Shown here: positions 1-7,040 of the stretch, piece after piece
Numbering within the stretch: the first letter of the stretch is position 1
Layout of the letters: the number at the start of each line of letters is the position of its first letter
Source of the DNA: a virus
Taxonomy: Duplodnaviria; Heunggongvirae; Uroviricota; Caudoviricetes
DNA: 15,268 nt
IMG/VR virus record: IMGVR_UViG_3300022661_000054
Reading direction: 5' to 3' (one strand)
Made by a program: the position numbers and the translations under genes
The notes under the pieces: model-generated
What the model saw: the letters and a program-made list of their open reading frames with translations, nothing else
Told to the model about the DNA's origin: nothing
Databases searched by the model: none

Positions 1-18
1 TCTCTAATCGACAATTAT

Positions 19-47
19 ATTATAACACATATTTTTCAATTTGTAAA
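19..47 (-). promoter_or_regulatory. sigma70/sigmaA-type promoter, cassette P1 (drives a gene left of the window)
   Basis: Minus strand TTTACA (47-42), 17-nt spacer, TGT-TATAAT (extended -10; -10 at 24-19). Confidence 0.85.
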
Positions 48-64
48 CCCCTTTTTTGAAAAAA
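39..64. repeat. 26-bp exact direct repeat, second copy at 8786-8811
   Basis: atttgtaaaccccttttttgaaaaaa at 39-64 and 8786-8811; near copy around 2927-2952. Confidence 0.9.
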
Positions 65-76
65 GTTTAAAAATTT

Positions 77-241
77 TTATAATGTTTTACCTGCGAGTCT
101 AAAGATTTCTTCATACCCGTCATCCCAGACCTGCTTACAATATTGTTTAGTAGTGTCTACATACTCTTCAAAGTTGCGCGGTACATAAAGAGGCGGAGGA
201 TTATAAAGTTTAATCCAACTAAGTTCTTTTTCTTTTATCAT
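77..241 (-). CDS. hypothetical protein, 54 aa (not in ORF track)
   Basis: MIKEKELSWIKLYNPPPLYVPRN...RLAGKTL; ATG 1 nt after the stop of 243..605 (TAA-T-ATG); fills the gap before P1. Confidence 0.7.
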   Translation of the reverse strand: MIKEKELSWIKLYNPPPLYVPRNFEEYVDTTKQYCKQVWDDGYEEIFRLAGKTL

Positions 242-242
242 A

Positions 243-605
243 TTAACCCCAACCTACCGCAACACGACAGTATACAGTCTCAACTCCGAGAAAGTCTTTA
301 CTAACTCTGTGACTGATTACATCACCACCGATCAGTTTCCCGTCAACCAAGAGCTGATGAACTTCGAAGTCGAAATCACGATCCAGGAGATGTTCGGTGA
401 AAGTATACTTCTGAAGTTTAACATTTACTCCAGACCAGAAGGTAGGATCCTCAACGCTCTCATTCCAGTTGATTAACTCACCGTGACTGTTCCAGAAATA
501 GTCTACCTTCAGAATCACGTCTTTATACTCAGCGAACACTTCCTTCTGCTCGTTAGTACGAGTGATCTCAAATTCAGGTCTGATAGAAGTCAATCCAGTA
601 TCCAT
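243..605 (-). CDS. hypothetical protein, 120 aa
   Basis: AAGGAGG SD upstream; tightly coupled to 607..957. Confidence 0.85.
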   Translation of the reverse strand: MDTGLTSIRPEFEITRTNEQKEVFAEYKDVILKVDYFWNSHGELINWNESVEDPTFWSGVNVKLQKYTFTEHLLDRDFDFEVHQLLVDGKLIGGDVISHRVSKDFLGVETVYCRVAVGWG

Positions 606-606
606 C

Positions 607-957
607 TTAATCCTCCTTCAACTCCACAAGTTCATAGCCATTTTCGATCATAGAATCGTAACGAAGATTCTCATCATAGTAACCACCATTGAGCATAGTA
701 CCAAGTACTCTAAAGTTTGCGGTATTACTATTACCAGTCACGACCTTAACAGACTTACCACCTCCGAAGAAATGTACAATCACGAACTCTACAATTTCAC
801 GATAGATATTTTCATCACGAGCGATTTCTTTTTCATAGACTTCATAGTCGAGGCTCTCTACAGAAGAACCAGCTGGTTTGGTTTCAAATACCTTACTGAT
901 ACCTTTTACAAAAGCTCTCTTTTCTTTATACATAGCAATCTTTTCTTGCTTAGTCAT
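607..957 (-). CDS. hypothetical protein, 116 aa (start moved to ATG 957)
   Basis: The track's TTG at 972 overlaps the SD itself (TTGGAGGATACGAAT-ATG); first gene after promoter P2. Confidence 0.85.
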   Translation of the reverse strand: MTKQEKIAMYKEKRAFVKGISKVFETKPAGSSVESLDYEVYEKEIARDENIYREIVEFVIVHFFGGGKSVKVVTGNSNTANFRVLGTMLNGGYYDENLRYDSMIENGYELVELKED

Positions 958-991
958 ATTCGTATCCTCCAAATATTTATTTTATGATTAT

Positions 992-1020
992 ATTATAACA
1001 TATAAATATAAAAAAGTAAA
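992..1020 (-). promoter_or_regulatory. sigmaA-type promoter, cassette P2
   Basis: TTTACT (1020-1015)-N17-TATAAT (997-992) with TGT extension. Confidence 0.8.
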
Positions 1021-1051
1021 CCGGCAAACTGCACAAAGTTTTACCGGTTTA
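1017..1051 (-). terminator. hairpin overlapping the P2 -35; possible terminator for 1063..1224
   Basis: taaaccgg (1017-1024)/ccggttta (1044-1051) with inner aaact/agttt; GCACAA in the loop. Confidence 0.5.
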
Positions 1052-1062
1052 TCTATGTACTT

Positions 1063-1224
1063 TTATTCTTCGTCATCATCAATAAGGATATCGTTTGCTT
1101 TACACATATCAGCGACCTCATCTTCAGACATCCACTTCAGAGCCATCATAGCAAGAGAGCTCCAAGAGATCATACCTTCTTCTGCGAGTTCTAAAACTTT
1201 ATTAGTTGCTTTTCTTGTTTCCAT
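1063..1224 (-). CDS. small acidic hypothetical protein, 53 aa (not in ORF track)
   Basis: TTGGAGGATTAAAAAA-ATG; METRKATNKVLELAEEGMISWSSLAMMALKWMSEDEVADMCKANDILIDDDEE. Confidence 0.85.
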   Translation of the reverse strand: METRKATNKVLELAEEGMISWSSLAMMALKWMSEDEVADMCKANDILIDDDEE

Positions 1225-1243
1225 TTTTTTAATCCTCCAACTG

Positions 1244-1315
1244 TTATTTACTTAATCTTCCTAAAAGAAATCCAACGGTACTACAAGCAATACCAAGTGC
1301 TATGTATTCAAACAT
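1244..1315 (-). CDS. 23-aa hydrophobic micro-peptide (not in ORF track)
   Basis: Perfect SD TAAGGAGG-ATTAAGT-ATG; MFEYIALGIACSTVGFLLGRLSK; fills the gap between two genes. Confidence 0.65.
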   Translation of the reverse strand: MFEYIALGIACSTVGFLLGRLSK

Positions 1316-1327
1316 ACTTAATCCTCC

Positions 1328-1531
1328 TTAAGCTAAACCGCTAAAACATTTTTCTGTATATAAACTATCATGACCTTCAAGTCTGTAACAAGGCTTTGCC
1401 CACCACTCTTGAGCTACTACTTTAGCAGTTGTTCCTGCGAGAGCCTCAAGACCACATGATGCGGAAGGATGAAACTTATCTTTAAACTTTACAGTATCTC
1501 CTACTTTATATTTATAACTGACTTGTTTCAT
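1328..1531 (-). CDS. hypothetical protein, 67 aa, possible SH3/KOW-like beta-barrel
   Basis: AGGAGG SD; YKVGDTVKF...GTTAKVV pattern typical of small SH3-like phage proteins. Confidence 0.8.
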   Translation of the reverse strand: MKQVSYKYKVGDTVKFKDKFHPSASCGLEALAGTTAKVVAQEWWAKPCYRLEGHDSLYTEKCFSGLA

Positions 1532-1534
1532 TTT

Positions 1535-1819
1535 TCAATCCTCCTCATCAATGTAGTCTTCAAGGTCTTCCTTACAAGTAATGGGCGTTGGGGTCTCCAT
1601 AGTACCCATATTATAGTCATAAAGATAGTAACCATTATAGGCTTCGCCGCTCTCCCAAATTGCTTTAAGAACGTGGATGGCGAGATAGATGTTATCATCA
1701 TCAATCTTCGCTTTAGCGAAATCAAGAAGGGTTTCTTCTGTTGTTACATCATCAATATTTTCACAAGCCCACTCAACAAGCTCTTCAAGGCCCATCTCTT
1801 CAAATTCGTTTCTCGTCAT
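1535..1819 (-). CDS. very acidic hypothetical protein, 94 aa
   Basis: TAAGGAGG SD; first gene after P3; about 27 D/E vs 5 K/R (hand count). Confidence 0.9.
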   Translation of the reverse strand: MTRNEFEEMGLEELVEWACENIDDVTTEETLLDFAKAKIDDDNIYLAIHVLKAIWESGEAYNGYYLYDYNMGTMETPTPITCKEDLEDYIDEED

Positions 1820-1847
1820 ATCAGTTAACCTCCTTATTTATGTATAT

Positions 1848-1876
1848 ATTATAACACAAAATTATTCATTTGTAAA
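1848..1876 (-). promoter_or_regulatory. sigmaA-type promoter, cassette P3
   Basis: TTTACA (1876-1871)-N17-TATAAT (1853-1848), TGT extension. Confidence 0.85.
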
Positions 1877-1880
1877 CTGA

Positions 1881-1919
1881 CAAAGTGCACAGACTTTAAT
1901 AAATAATCTGTGCACTTTG
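1881..1919 (-). terminator. 13-bp perfect inverted repeat; terminator for 1929..2831 and/or operator
   Basis: caaagtgcacaga / tctgtgcactttg with 13-nt loop, 9 nt after the stop codon. Confidence 0.65.
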
Positions 1920-1928
1920 ATATGTACG

Positions 1929-2831
1929 TTATGCCATAAGGCCAGCTTCAAAAGAAGCCATATAACTATTAGGAATAGTTTGTTTGATTTCGTCGATATT
2001 CTGTTTCTTACCGAATTGGAATCCGTAGTTATATACGAGGTCCCACAAAAAAGCAGTATTATGAATACCTTTCGAGAAGTCAGTAGTCACATGCTGAATA
2101 CAAGCAGGCACAACCGTCTCCTTAAGTTTTTTAATAGTACACTTAAACTCCCAGCTCCACTGTTTCGCATAGCCTCCAGAAGTCTTAGCTCTACTATCAA
2201 CAAGAGTCTTAGGTGCTTCTGTACCAAAGTGCTTCTCAAAAGCAGGTCCAAGATAATCAGGAAGAATTGCAGTCATAGAACCAACGTGCTTCGCCAACCA
2301 GCCAAGAGCATAGTAGAATTCATCGGCATCACTCAAGGTATTATTCGCTTGTTTGGCCAAAGTATCAAAATCCTGAAGTGCTTTTGCTTTCTGTCTCTGA
2401 TATTTTTCTTCAGCTTTCTTTTCTGCTTCTGCTTTCTTTTCTGCTTCTGCTTGTCTCTGGAGCATTGTTTGCTCCACAGCCTTATAAGCAGAAGTCAGAT
2501 TAGTGTGGGCATTAAATACCTGATTCCAAATCTCATAAATATTTTCATCCGTAAACTTAGTGAATTTATTACCCGATATAATATGTGCAAGTGAAAAACG
2601 CTTGGTGACTTCAGGAAACTCAACATCAATAATAATATCATCGATAGTCTTACCCTGAGTACTTACAACAGTGCCGGTTCCATACATAGTACTGACTACT
2701 TCAGCTTCTTTAACAAGCTCACTAATAGTAACTACGAGCCCAGCCTCAGTTTCATAATAAGCTTGTTTAGCATTTTCCAGGTCGAATTCCGTGTTGCAAA
2801 TCATCTCATCAAATCTTTCGTAAATAGTCAT
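1929..2831 (-). CDS. hypothetical protein, 300 aa: N-terminal Tudor/SH3-like segment, central coiled coil
   Basis: AAGGAG SD; V-x3-YG-x-G-x-V...I-x-V-x-F motif; AEAEKK repeats in a helical linker. Confidence 0.9.
   Translation of the reverse strand: MTIYERFDEMICNTEFDLENAKQAYYETEAGLVVTISELVKEAEVVSTMYGTGTVVSTQGKTIDDIIIDVEFPEVTKRFSLAHIISGNKFTKFTDENIYEIWNQVFNAHTNLTSAYKAVEQTMLQRQAEAEKKAEAEKKAEEKYQRQKAKALQDFDTLAKQANNTLSDADEFYYALGWLAKHVGSMTAILPDYLGPAFEKHFGTEAPKTLVDSRAKTSGGYAKQWSWEFKCTIKKLKETVVPACIQHVTTDFSKGIHNTAFLWDLVYNYGFQFGKKQNIDEIKQTIPNSYMASFEAGLMA
2413..2452. repeat. 18-bp tandem repeat (about 2.2 copies) encoding AEAEKK
   Basis: gctttcttttctgcttct at 2413-2430 and 2431-2448. Confidence 0.85.
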
Positions 2832-2906
2832 TTTGTTTTCTCCTTCGTAAATAAATATATGTATGATTTTTTGTCAGTCAGTGTCCTCTCATTAACTGAC
2901 AATAAT

Positions 2907-2935
2907 ATTATAACACATCTTTCGTCATTTGTAAA
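2907..2935 (-). promoter_or_regulatory. sigmaA-type promoter, cassette P4
   Basis: TTTACA (2935-2930)-N17-TATAAT (2912-2907), TGT extension. Confidence 0.85.
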
Positions 2936-2973
2936 CCCTTTTTTGTAAAAAATATTGCACAAATATAAAAGAA

Positions 2974-3003
2974 AAAACCTGTGCAGTTTTATACACAGGT
3001 TTT
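2974..3003 (-). terminator. intrinsic terminator after the ligase gene
   Basis: aaaacctgtg / cacaggtttt stem; U-rich tail on the minus strand. Confidence 0.7.
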
Positions 3004-3025
3004 AATAATTTATTAAATTAATAAT

Positions 3026-4324
3026 TTAATAGTCAGCTTCGGTCTTATCAGGTCGGAAGTCTTTGAAGATCGGGAATCTGAGACTCTCACCACCGTCTGC
3101 ATTTGTTGTGGACTCAAAGTACTGAACCTCACAGATGCTACCAAGATAGTCAGACTGATTATTCCAGATAGTTACTCGGAGGTCGTCAGAGAATCCAGAA
3201 CCAACTTTTACTACGTTACCGTTCTTATAGCGAACAAGGATTGCACCAAGAGTGTCGGCCAGTCTACCAGTACCTTCTTCAAAGCCGACGATTTCAAGGT
3301 CCATAGTCTGCATCTTCTTTACCTTAAGAAGACCATTAGTTCTCTTAAACTCATACGGCGCATCGCAGATGTTAATCATGATTCCCTCTTCACCGTTCGC
3401 AATTTCCTCATCTAAGATTTCAGTAATCTTAGAAGTGTCGGAACCGCGGTAAAGGATTGGCAAAAGTTCAAAGTATCTTGCGGTATCAAAAGCAGACATA
3501 CAGTCGAGCATCTGTCTCCGTTGAATATAGGTCATAGAAGAAGTCTGGGTCTTAAAGTCGGATACTGACATAGCATCGAAGACAAGCATCTTAATCCCGT
3601 GCTTTTCCTTATCCTTAGTACGGACAATCTTCATAGTTTCTTTATAAGCTTCTTTAGAAGAAAGATTTCCGCGAACTAAAAGAGTAATCTCACCGTCAAG
3701 ACAAGTGTTGTCAGGCATCAAGCGAGACATCTCATCTTCCAGGTCTACGAGACCCTCGTACTTCTGACCCGCTCTAGTAAAGAATGAGACTTGACCATTC
3801 TCCTTTAGAGCAATGATACGACCGCCATCTATCTTAGTAGTGATAGCAAATGACTTACCGTCCACATACTGAGGCTTGTCAAAGTACTTATTAGCCAACT
3901 GTACATTAAAAGTAGGAATCAGATCAGGGATTTCTTTATTAATGGTTTTAGAGTCACAACCGATAGAAAGGTCTTTACAGATAAGAGACTCGAGCAGCAC
4001 GCCACACTCACGATCAAAAGAACATACGCAGTTAAGGACTTCTTGACAAACACTGATATCACGATCGGTGCCTGTGTTATGCTCTTCTAAATACTCAAAA
4101 AACTCAAAGACAGACTCGATGGTCGTAACACCGCTAGCTCCTACTACCTTACTAAGTTTCTTAGTCGAAATACCGAAGACCTTATAAGGATCGAAAGCGA
4201 TCTGAAGATACTTACAGATGATAGAGTCATCAGCATACTTCTTAAGTACCGCCTGCTTATGTAATCTGCTATTAGACTCTGTGATTTCTTTTACAAAGTT
4301 ATTAAAATGTTGAAGTGTTTTCAT
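3026..4324 (-). CDS. lig: ATP-dependent DNA ligase (phage type), 432 aa
   Basis: Motif I TTKIDGGR (KxDG), motif III LDGEI, motif IV EGIMI, motif V LLKVK, OB-fold VGSGFSD and C-terminal SLRFP; SD TAAGGAG. Confidence 0.95.
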   Translation of the reverse strand: MKTLQHFNNFVKEITESNSRLHKQAVLKKYADDSIICKYLQIAFDPYKVFGISTKKLSKVVGASGVTTIESVFEFFEYLEEHNTGTDRDISVCQEVLNCVCSFDRECGVLLESLICKDLSIGCDSKTINKEIPDLIPTFNVQLANKYFDKPQYVDGKSFAITTKIDGGRIIALKENGQVSFFTRAGQKYEGLVDLEDEMSRLMPDNTCLDGEITLLVRGNLSSKEAYKETMKIVRTKDKEKHGIKMLVFDAMSVSDFKTQTSSMTYIQRRQMLDCMSAFDTARYFELLPILYRGSDTSKITEILDEEIANGEEGIMINICDAPYEFKRTNGLLKVKKMQTMDLEIVGFEEGTGRLADTLGAILVRYKNGNVVKVGSGFSDDLRVTIWNNQSDYLGSICEVQYFESTTNADGGESLRFPIFKDFRPDKTEADY

Positions 4325-4335
4325 TATTTATCTCC

Positions 4336-4482
4336 TTAACAACCATAGTAACCTAAAATAATCTCTTCAAGAGAAGCACTAGGGCAATATTCTACAAAGC
4401 CCAAGATTTCGTTGGCTTCTTCATCTGTAGCCTTTCTACCCAAATAATATTCTACTTCTTTTTTAATCTGCTTAATATCCAT
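4336..4482 (-). CDS. hypothetical protein, 48 aa (not in ORF track)
   Basis: TAATG overlap with the upstream gene; MDIKQIKKEVEYYLGRKATDEEANEILGFVEYCPSASLEEIILGYYGC; its stop overlaps the ligase SD. Confidence 0.8.
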   Translation of the reverse strand: MDIKQIKKEVEYYLGRKATDEEANEILGFVEYCPSASLEEIILGYYGC

Positions 4483-4859
4483 TAGTAAATCTTCCTTCCG
4501 CCCTTATAGAAATTCCAGCAACCATTTTCCCAGATATAAGAATAATAGAAGCAGTTAAACAACCGTTTTTTGGTTTCATAAGTTGTTTGTTCTACGTCTC
4601 CCCAGTCTTCTCCTCGATCTCTATGATAGAAACAACACGTATCAAACTGAGGTTTATCAAAGCTATGAGGCAAGTCAGTTTCGAATTTCTCTGCAATATA
4701 GCTAGCATCTCCGGCATCAACGAGTTTTCTAGCCCACTCTTCTGAATTATAATTCTCAGTCAACATTGGCCACATATAATCAGGATAACCATCAGAATGA
4801 ACATAAATAGTTTCATATCCTTTTTCTGATTTAATAGCAATTCCACATTGTGTAGACAT
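4482..4859 (-). CDS. conserved-looking phage hypothetical protein, 125 aa (start moved to ATG 4859)
   Basis: AAGGAGGAAACTAAA-ATG; motifs IYVHSDGYP and FYHRDRGE resemble a widespread uncharacterised phage family (from memory). Confidence 0.85.
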   Translation of the reverse strand: MSTQCGIAIKSEKGYETIYVHSDGYPDYMWPMLTENYNSEEWARKLVDAGDASYIAEKFETDLPHSFDKPQFDTCCFYHRDRGEDWGDVEQTTYETKKRLFNCFYYSYIWENGCWNFYKGGRKIY

Positions 4860-4872
4860 TTTAGTTTCCTCC

Positions 4873-5049
4873 TTAATAAACCTTATCAGCGCCGTTATTA
4901 ATAAGCTGAGCAATATCTTTTTTCACCAAGTTCAATTGTTCGCAGTCATCAGTATCGAGGTCATGAAGTTCGACCTCAACATCTGTGATACCTTCAACAT
5001 AAACTTCCTGAACTAAACCATGTTCAACTACAATATGAATCTTCTTCAT
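4873..5049 (-). CDS. hypothetical protein, 58 aa (start moved to ATG 5049)
   Basis: AGGAGGTTACT-ATG; MKKIHIVVEHGLVQEVY... Confidence 0.85.
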   Translation of the reverse strand: MKKIHIVVEHGLVQEVYVEGITDVEVELHDLDTDDCEQLNLVKKDIAQLINNGADKVY

Positions 5050-5059
5050 AGTAACCTCC

Positions 5060-5344
5060 TTATAATAAACCAAGCTCTACAGCTTTATTTTCAATTAAAC
5101 GAATCTCAGACGCAGCGAGGTCAAACTTGTCACGATACTTCTTCCAACACACACCTACGTGACCAAGAAAGTCAGCGTCATAATCAGTGATAGGAGTATC
5201 ACCAAGACAGATACTAATCATATATTCGACCTTACCTTTATCGGTCATCAGATGGTCTACCAAACAGTCTTCGCACAGAACTTCGCCATAAGAAGTCGTA
5301 AAAAGAACCGTTACTACCTTTCCGCATTTTGCACAATGAGCCAT
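5060..5344 (-). CDS. CxxC-CxxC zinc-finger protein, 94 aa (start moved to ATG 5344); paralog of the C-terminal half of 5509..6192
   Basis: TTGGAGGAAATTGTT-ATG; CAKC...LCEDC. Confidence 0.85.
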   Translation of the reverse strand: MAHCAKCGKVVTVLFTTSYGEVLCEDCLVDHLMTDKGKVEYMISICLGDTPITDYDADFLGHVGVCWKKYRDKFDLAASEIRLIENKAVELGLL

Positions 5345-5404
5345 AACAATTTCCTCCAAAGTAATTATAATAAGCATGTAAGCCATTCATTAACTTACAT
5401 GCTT

Positions 5405-5433
5405 ATTATATCATATTTTATTTGATTTGTAAA
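5405..5433 (-). promoter_or_regulatory. sigmaA-type promoter, cassette P5 (operon ending in the ligase)
   Basis: TTTACA (5433-5428)-N17-TATAAT (5410-5405), TGA extension. Confidence 0.85.
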
Positions 5434-5458
5434 CTGACAAACCGCACAAAAATATAAA

Positions 5459-5488
5459 AATAAACTGCGTAAAATTACACAGTTTATT
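5459..5488 (-). terminator. probable terminator after 5509..6192
   Basis: aataaactg / cagtttatt with inner gtaa/ttac; T-run follows on the minus strand. Confidence 0.55.
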
Positions 5489-5508
5489 CATTAAGATTAT
5501 TCTATTGA

Positions 5509-6192
5509 TTATTTTGTATCATAAGGTTCTACATCAAGATTTAAACCGGCAGCTTTTACAGTAGTTTCTATAAAAGCGATTTCATCTGCAGTTTTGTTTA
5601 ATTTATCTTTAAATGTAATCCAACACTTTGCTATTTTTTGACGATCATCTTCGCTAAAAGCTTCGATTTTATACTCACCAGTAGCAAGGCTAATAACATA
5701 CTCAACTTGACCATTGAGCGTACGCATATATTTATCATTCCAGCAATCAGTGCAAAGAAGGCTACCATAAGCATTCTTACGTAAAACTACATTGGTTTTC
5801 TTGCACTCCGCACATTCTATATGGTTAAAATCATTAATAAACTTATAACAAGAATGTGTTAACACATGTGCACAAATAGCCATATTTAGATTTTTTTTAA
5901 ACATACGAATATCCTGAACAGTGACATCCTCTTCAAAAATAAAACTGCTATTTTGCTCTTGTATGTCCTTAATTTTTTGCTCAAAAGTTTTTATAAAAGC
6001 CAAATCAGCATCAAAACAGGCAAAATGCAATTTACCGCTACGAGTTGAAGATGTGCTAAAAACATAATGCATAATATCACTAAATGTCTCTAATGCTGCA
6101 GTCTTTGATCTACCTGCGTACTGACAAATCATCGCGGGCAAATTTTGGTTAAGTTCATTAAAATCGTATTCAGAGAAAACTATATAAAACAT
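5509..6192 (-). CDS. hypothetical protein, 227 aa, with C-terminal CxxC-CxxC zinc-finger domain
   Basis: CAEC...LCTDC; AAGGAG SD at a long (~12 nt) spacing, so the start is slightly uncertain. Confidence 0.85.
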   Translation of the reverse strand: MFYIVFSEYDFNELNQNLPAMICQYAGRSKTAALETFSDIMHYVFSTSSTRSGKLHFACFDADLAFIKTFEQKIKDIQEQNSSFIFEEDVTVQDIRMFKKNLNMAICAHVLTHSCYKFINDFNHIECAECKKTNVVLRKNAYGSLLCTDCWNDKYMRTLNGQVEYVISLATGEYKIEAFSEDDRQKIAKCWITFKDKLNKTADEIAFIETTVKAAGLNLDVEPYDTK

Positions 6193-6223
6193 AAACGAAG
6201 CAACTCCTTTTTAACTATAATCT

Positions 6224-6237
6224 AAATAATTTAGCAA
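6224..6237 (-). promoter_or_regulatory. class II motif TTGCTAAATTATTT (putative phage-specific promoter)
   Basis: Identical 14-mer at 10435-10448; 9-mer core at 13227-13235; all intergenic, same orientation, 35-55 nt upstream of a start codon. Confidence 0.55.
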
Positions 6238-6270
6238 ATAAAAAGTAGTTTACAATCACTAGCATAAAAC

Positions 6271-6966
6271 TTAAAATGTTACATCATTAGAAACACCTGT
6301 GCACACCTTCTGTTCAACCGCCGCTCGGAAAGGTGCTGTTGCTCTGCTAGCTAATTTATTAATAGCCCAAGTAGCATCACGATAACTGCTAGCTGTCGCA
6401 ATCTCAATAATCTTAAGACGAGTATTTTTATCCGCAGTATATTCAGTAACTGTTTTCTCAAAGAGCTGGACTACTGCTTTGGTGAATCTACAGTTCGCAG
6501 CATCGATCATACCCTCTACCCAACGCTCATAAGCCGCACGAACCTCAGGGTCAGTTTCTAGAATCGCCTTCTTCATAGTAATCTTCATGCCGGCGATCTT
6601 TGCGGCCTTCTCATCTTTCTTCATTGCAGAAGTCTTCTTGAGTTTAGTAGTGTCTTCCTCAGCGATCACCGCGACCATTCCGTTTACTGCAATAGCAATT
6701 CTATTAGGATTTTCCATGTCCTTCAGCATAACACCGAGAGTCATCAGTTTATCATCACACTTAAGTTGCTTAGCAAGAGTTAACGTAGTTTCCCGCTCGA
6801 TGTAATCTCGATCCAAGCTAAAGAATCCATGTTCATCAGCAGTCTGTTTCTTCACTACTTGCTTAAGGATACTCTGAAGTTCTGCCCAGTAAGCTGCAAC
6901 CTCAAAGCCCGCAATCTTAACTAGTTTCTTATTTAAACGTAATTCATCAAATAAATCTAGATACAT
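6271..6966 (-). CDS. putative winged-helix DNA-binding protein (replisome-organiser-like N-terminus), 231 aa
   Basis: GGAGG SD; GFF-x-L-x5-ERETTL-x4-Q-x6-L-x2-LGV resembles wHTH N-termini of phage replication proteins; basic helical C-terminus. Confidence 0.6.
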   Translation of the reverse strand: MYLDLFDELRLNKKLVKIAGFEVAAYWAELQSILKQVVKKQTADEHGFFSLDRDYIERETTLTLAKQLKCDDKLMTLGVMLKDMENPNRIAIAVNGMVAVIAEEDTTKLKKTSAMKKDEKAAKIAGMKITMKKAILETDPEVRAAYERWVEGMIDAANCRFTKAVVQLFEKTVTEYTADKNTRLKIIEIATASSYRDATWAINKLASRATAPFRAAVEQKVCTGVSNDVTF

Positions 6967-7008
6967 ATAAATCCTCCAAATATATAATCTATTATATAAT
7001 ACAATAAA

Positions 7009-7036
7009 AAAGAGACCGGTTTTAGACGGTCTCTTT
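7009..7036 (-). terminator. strong intrinsic terminator after 7041..7901
   Basis: aaagagaccg / cggtctcttt 10-bp stem, 8-nt loop, U-tract on the minus strand. Confidence 0.85.
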
Positions 7037-7040
7037 ATTT

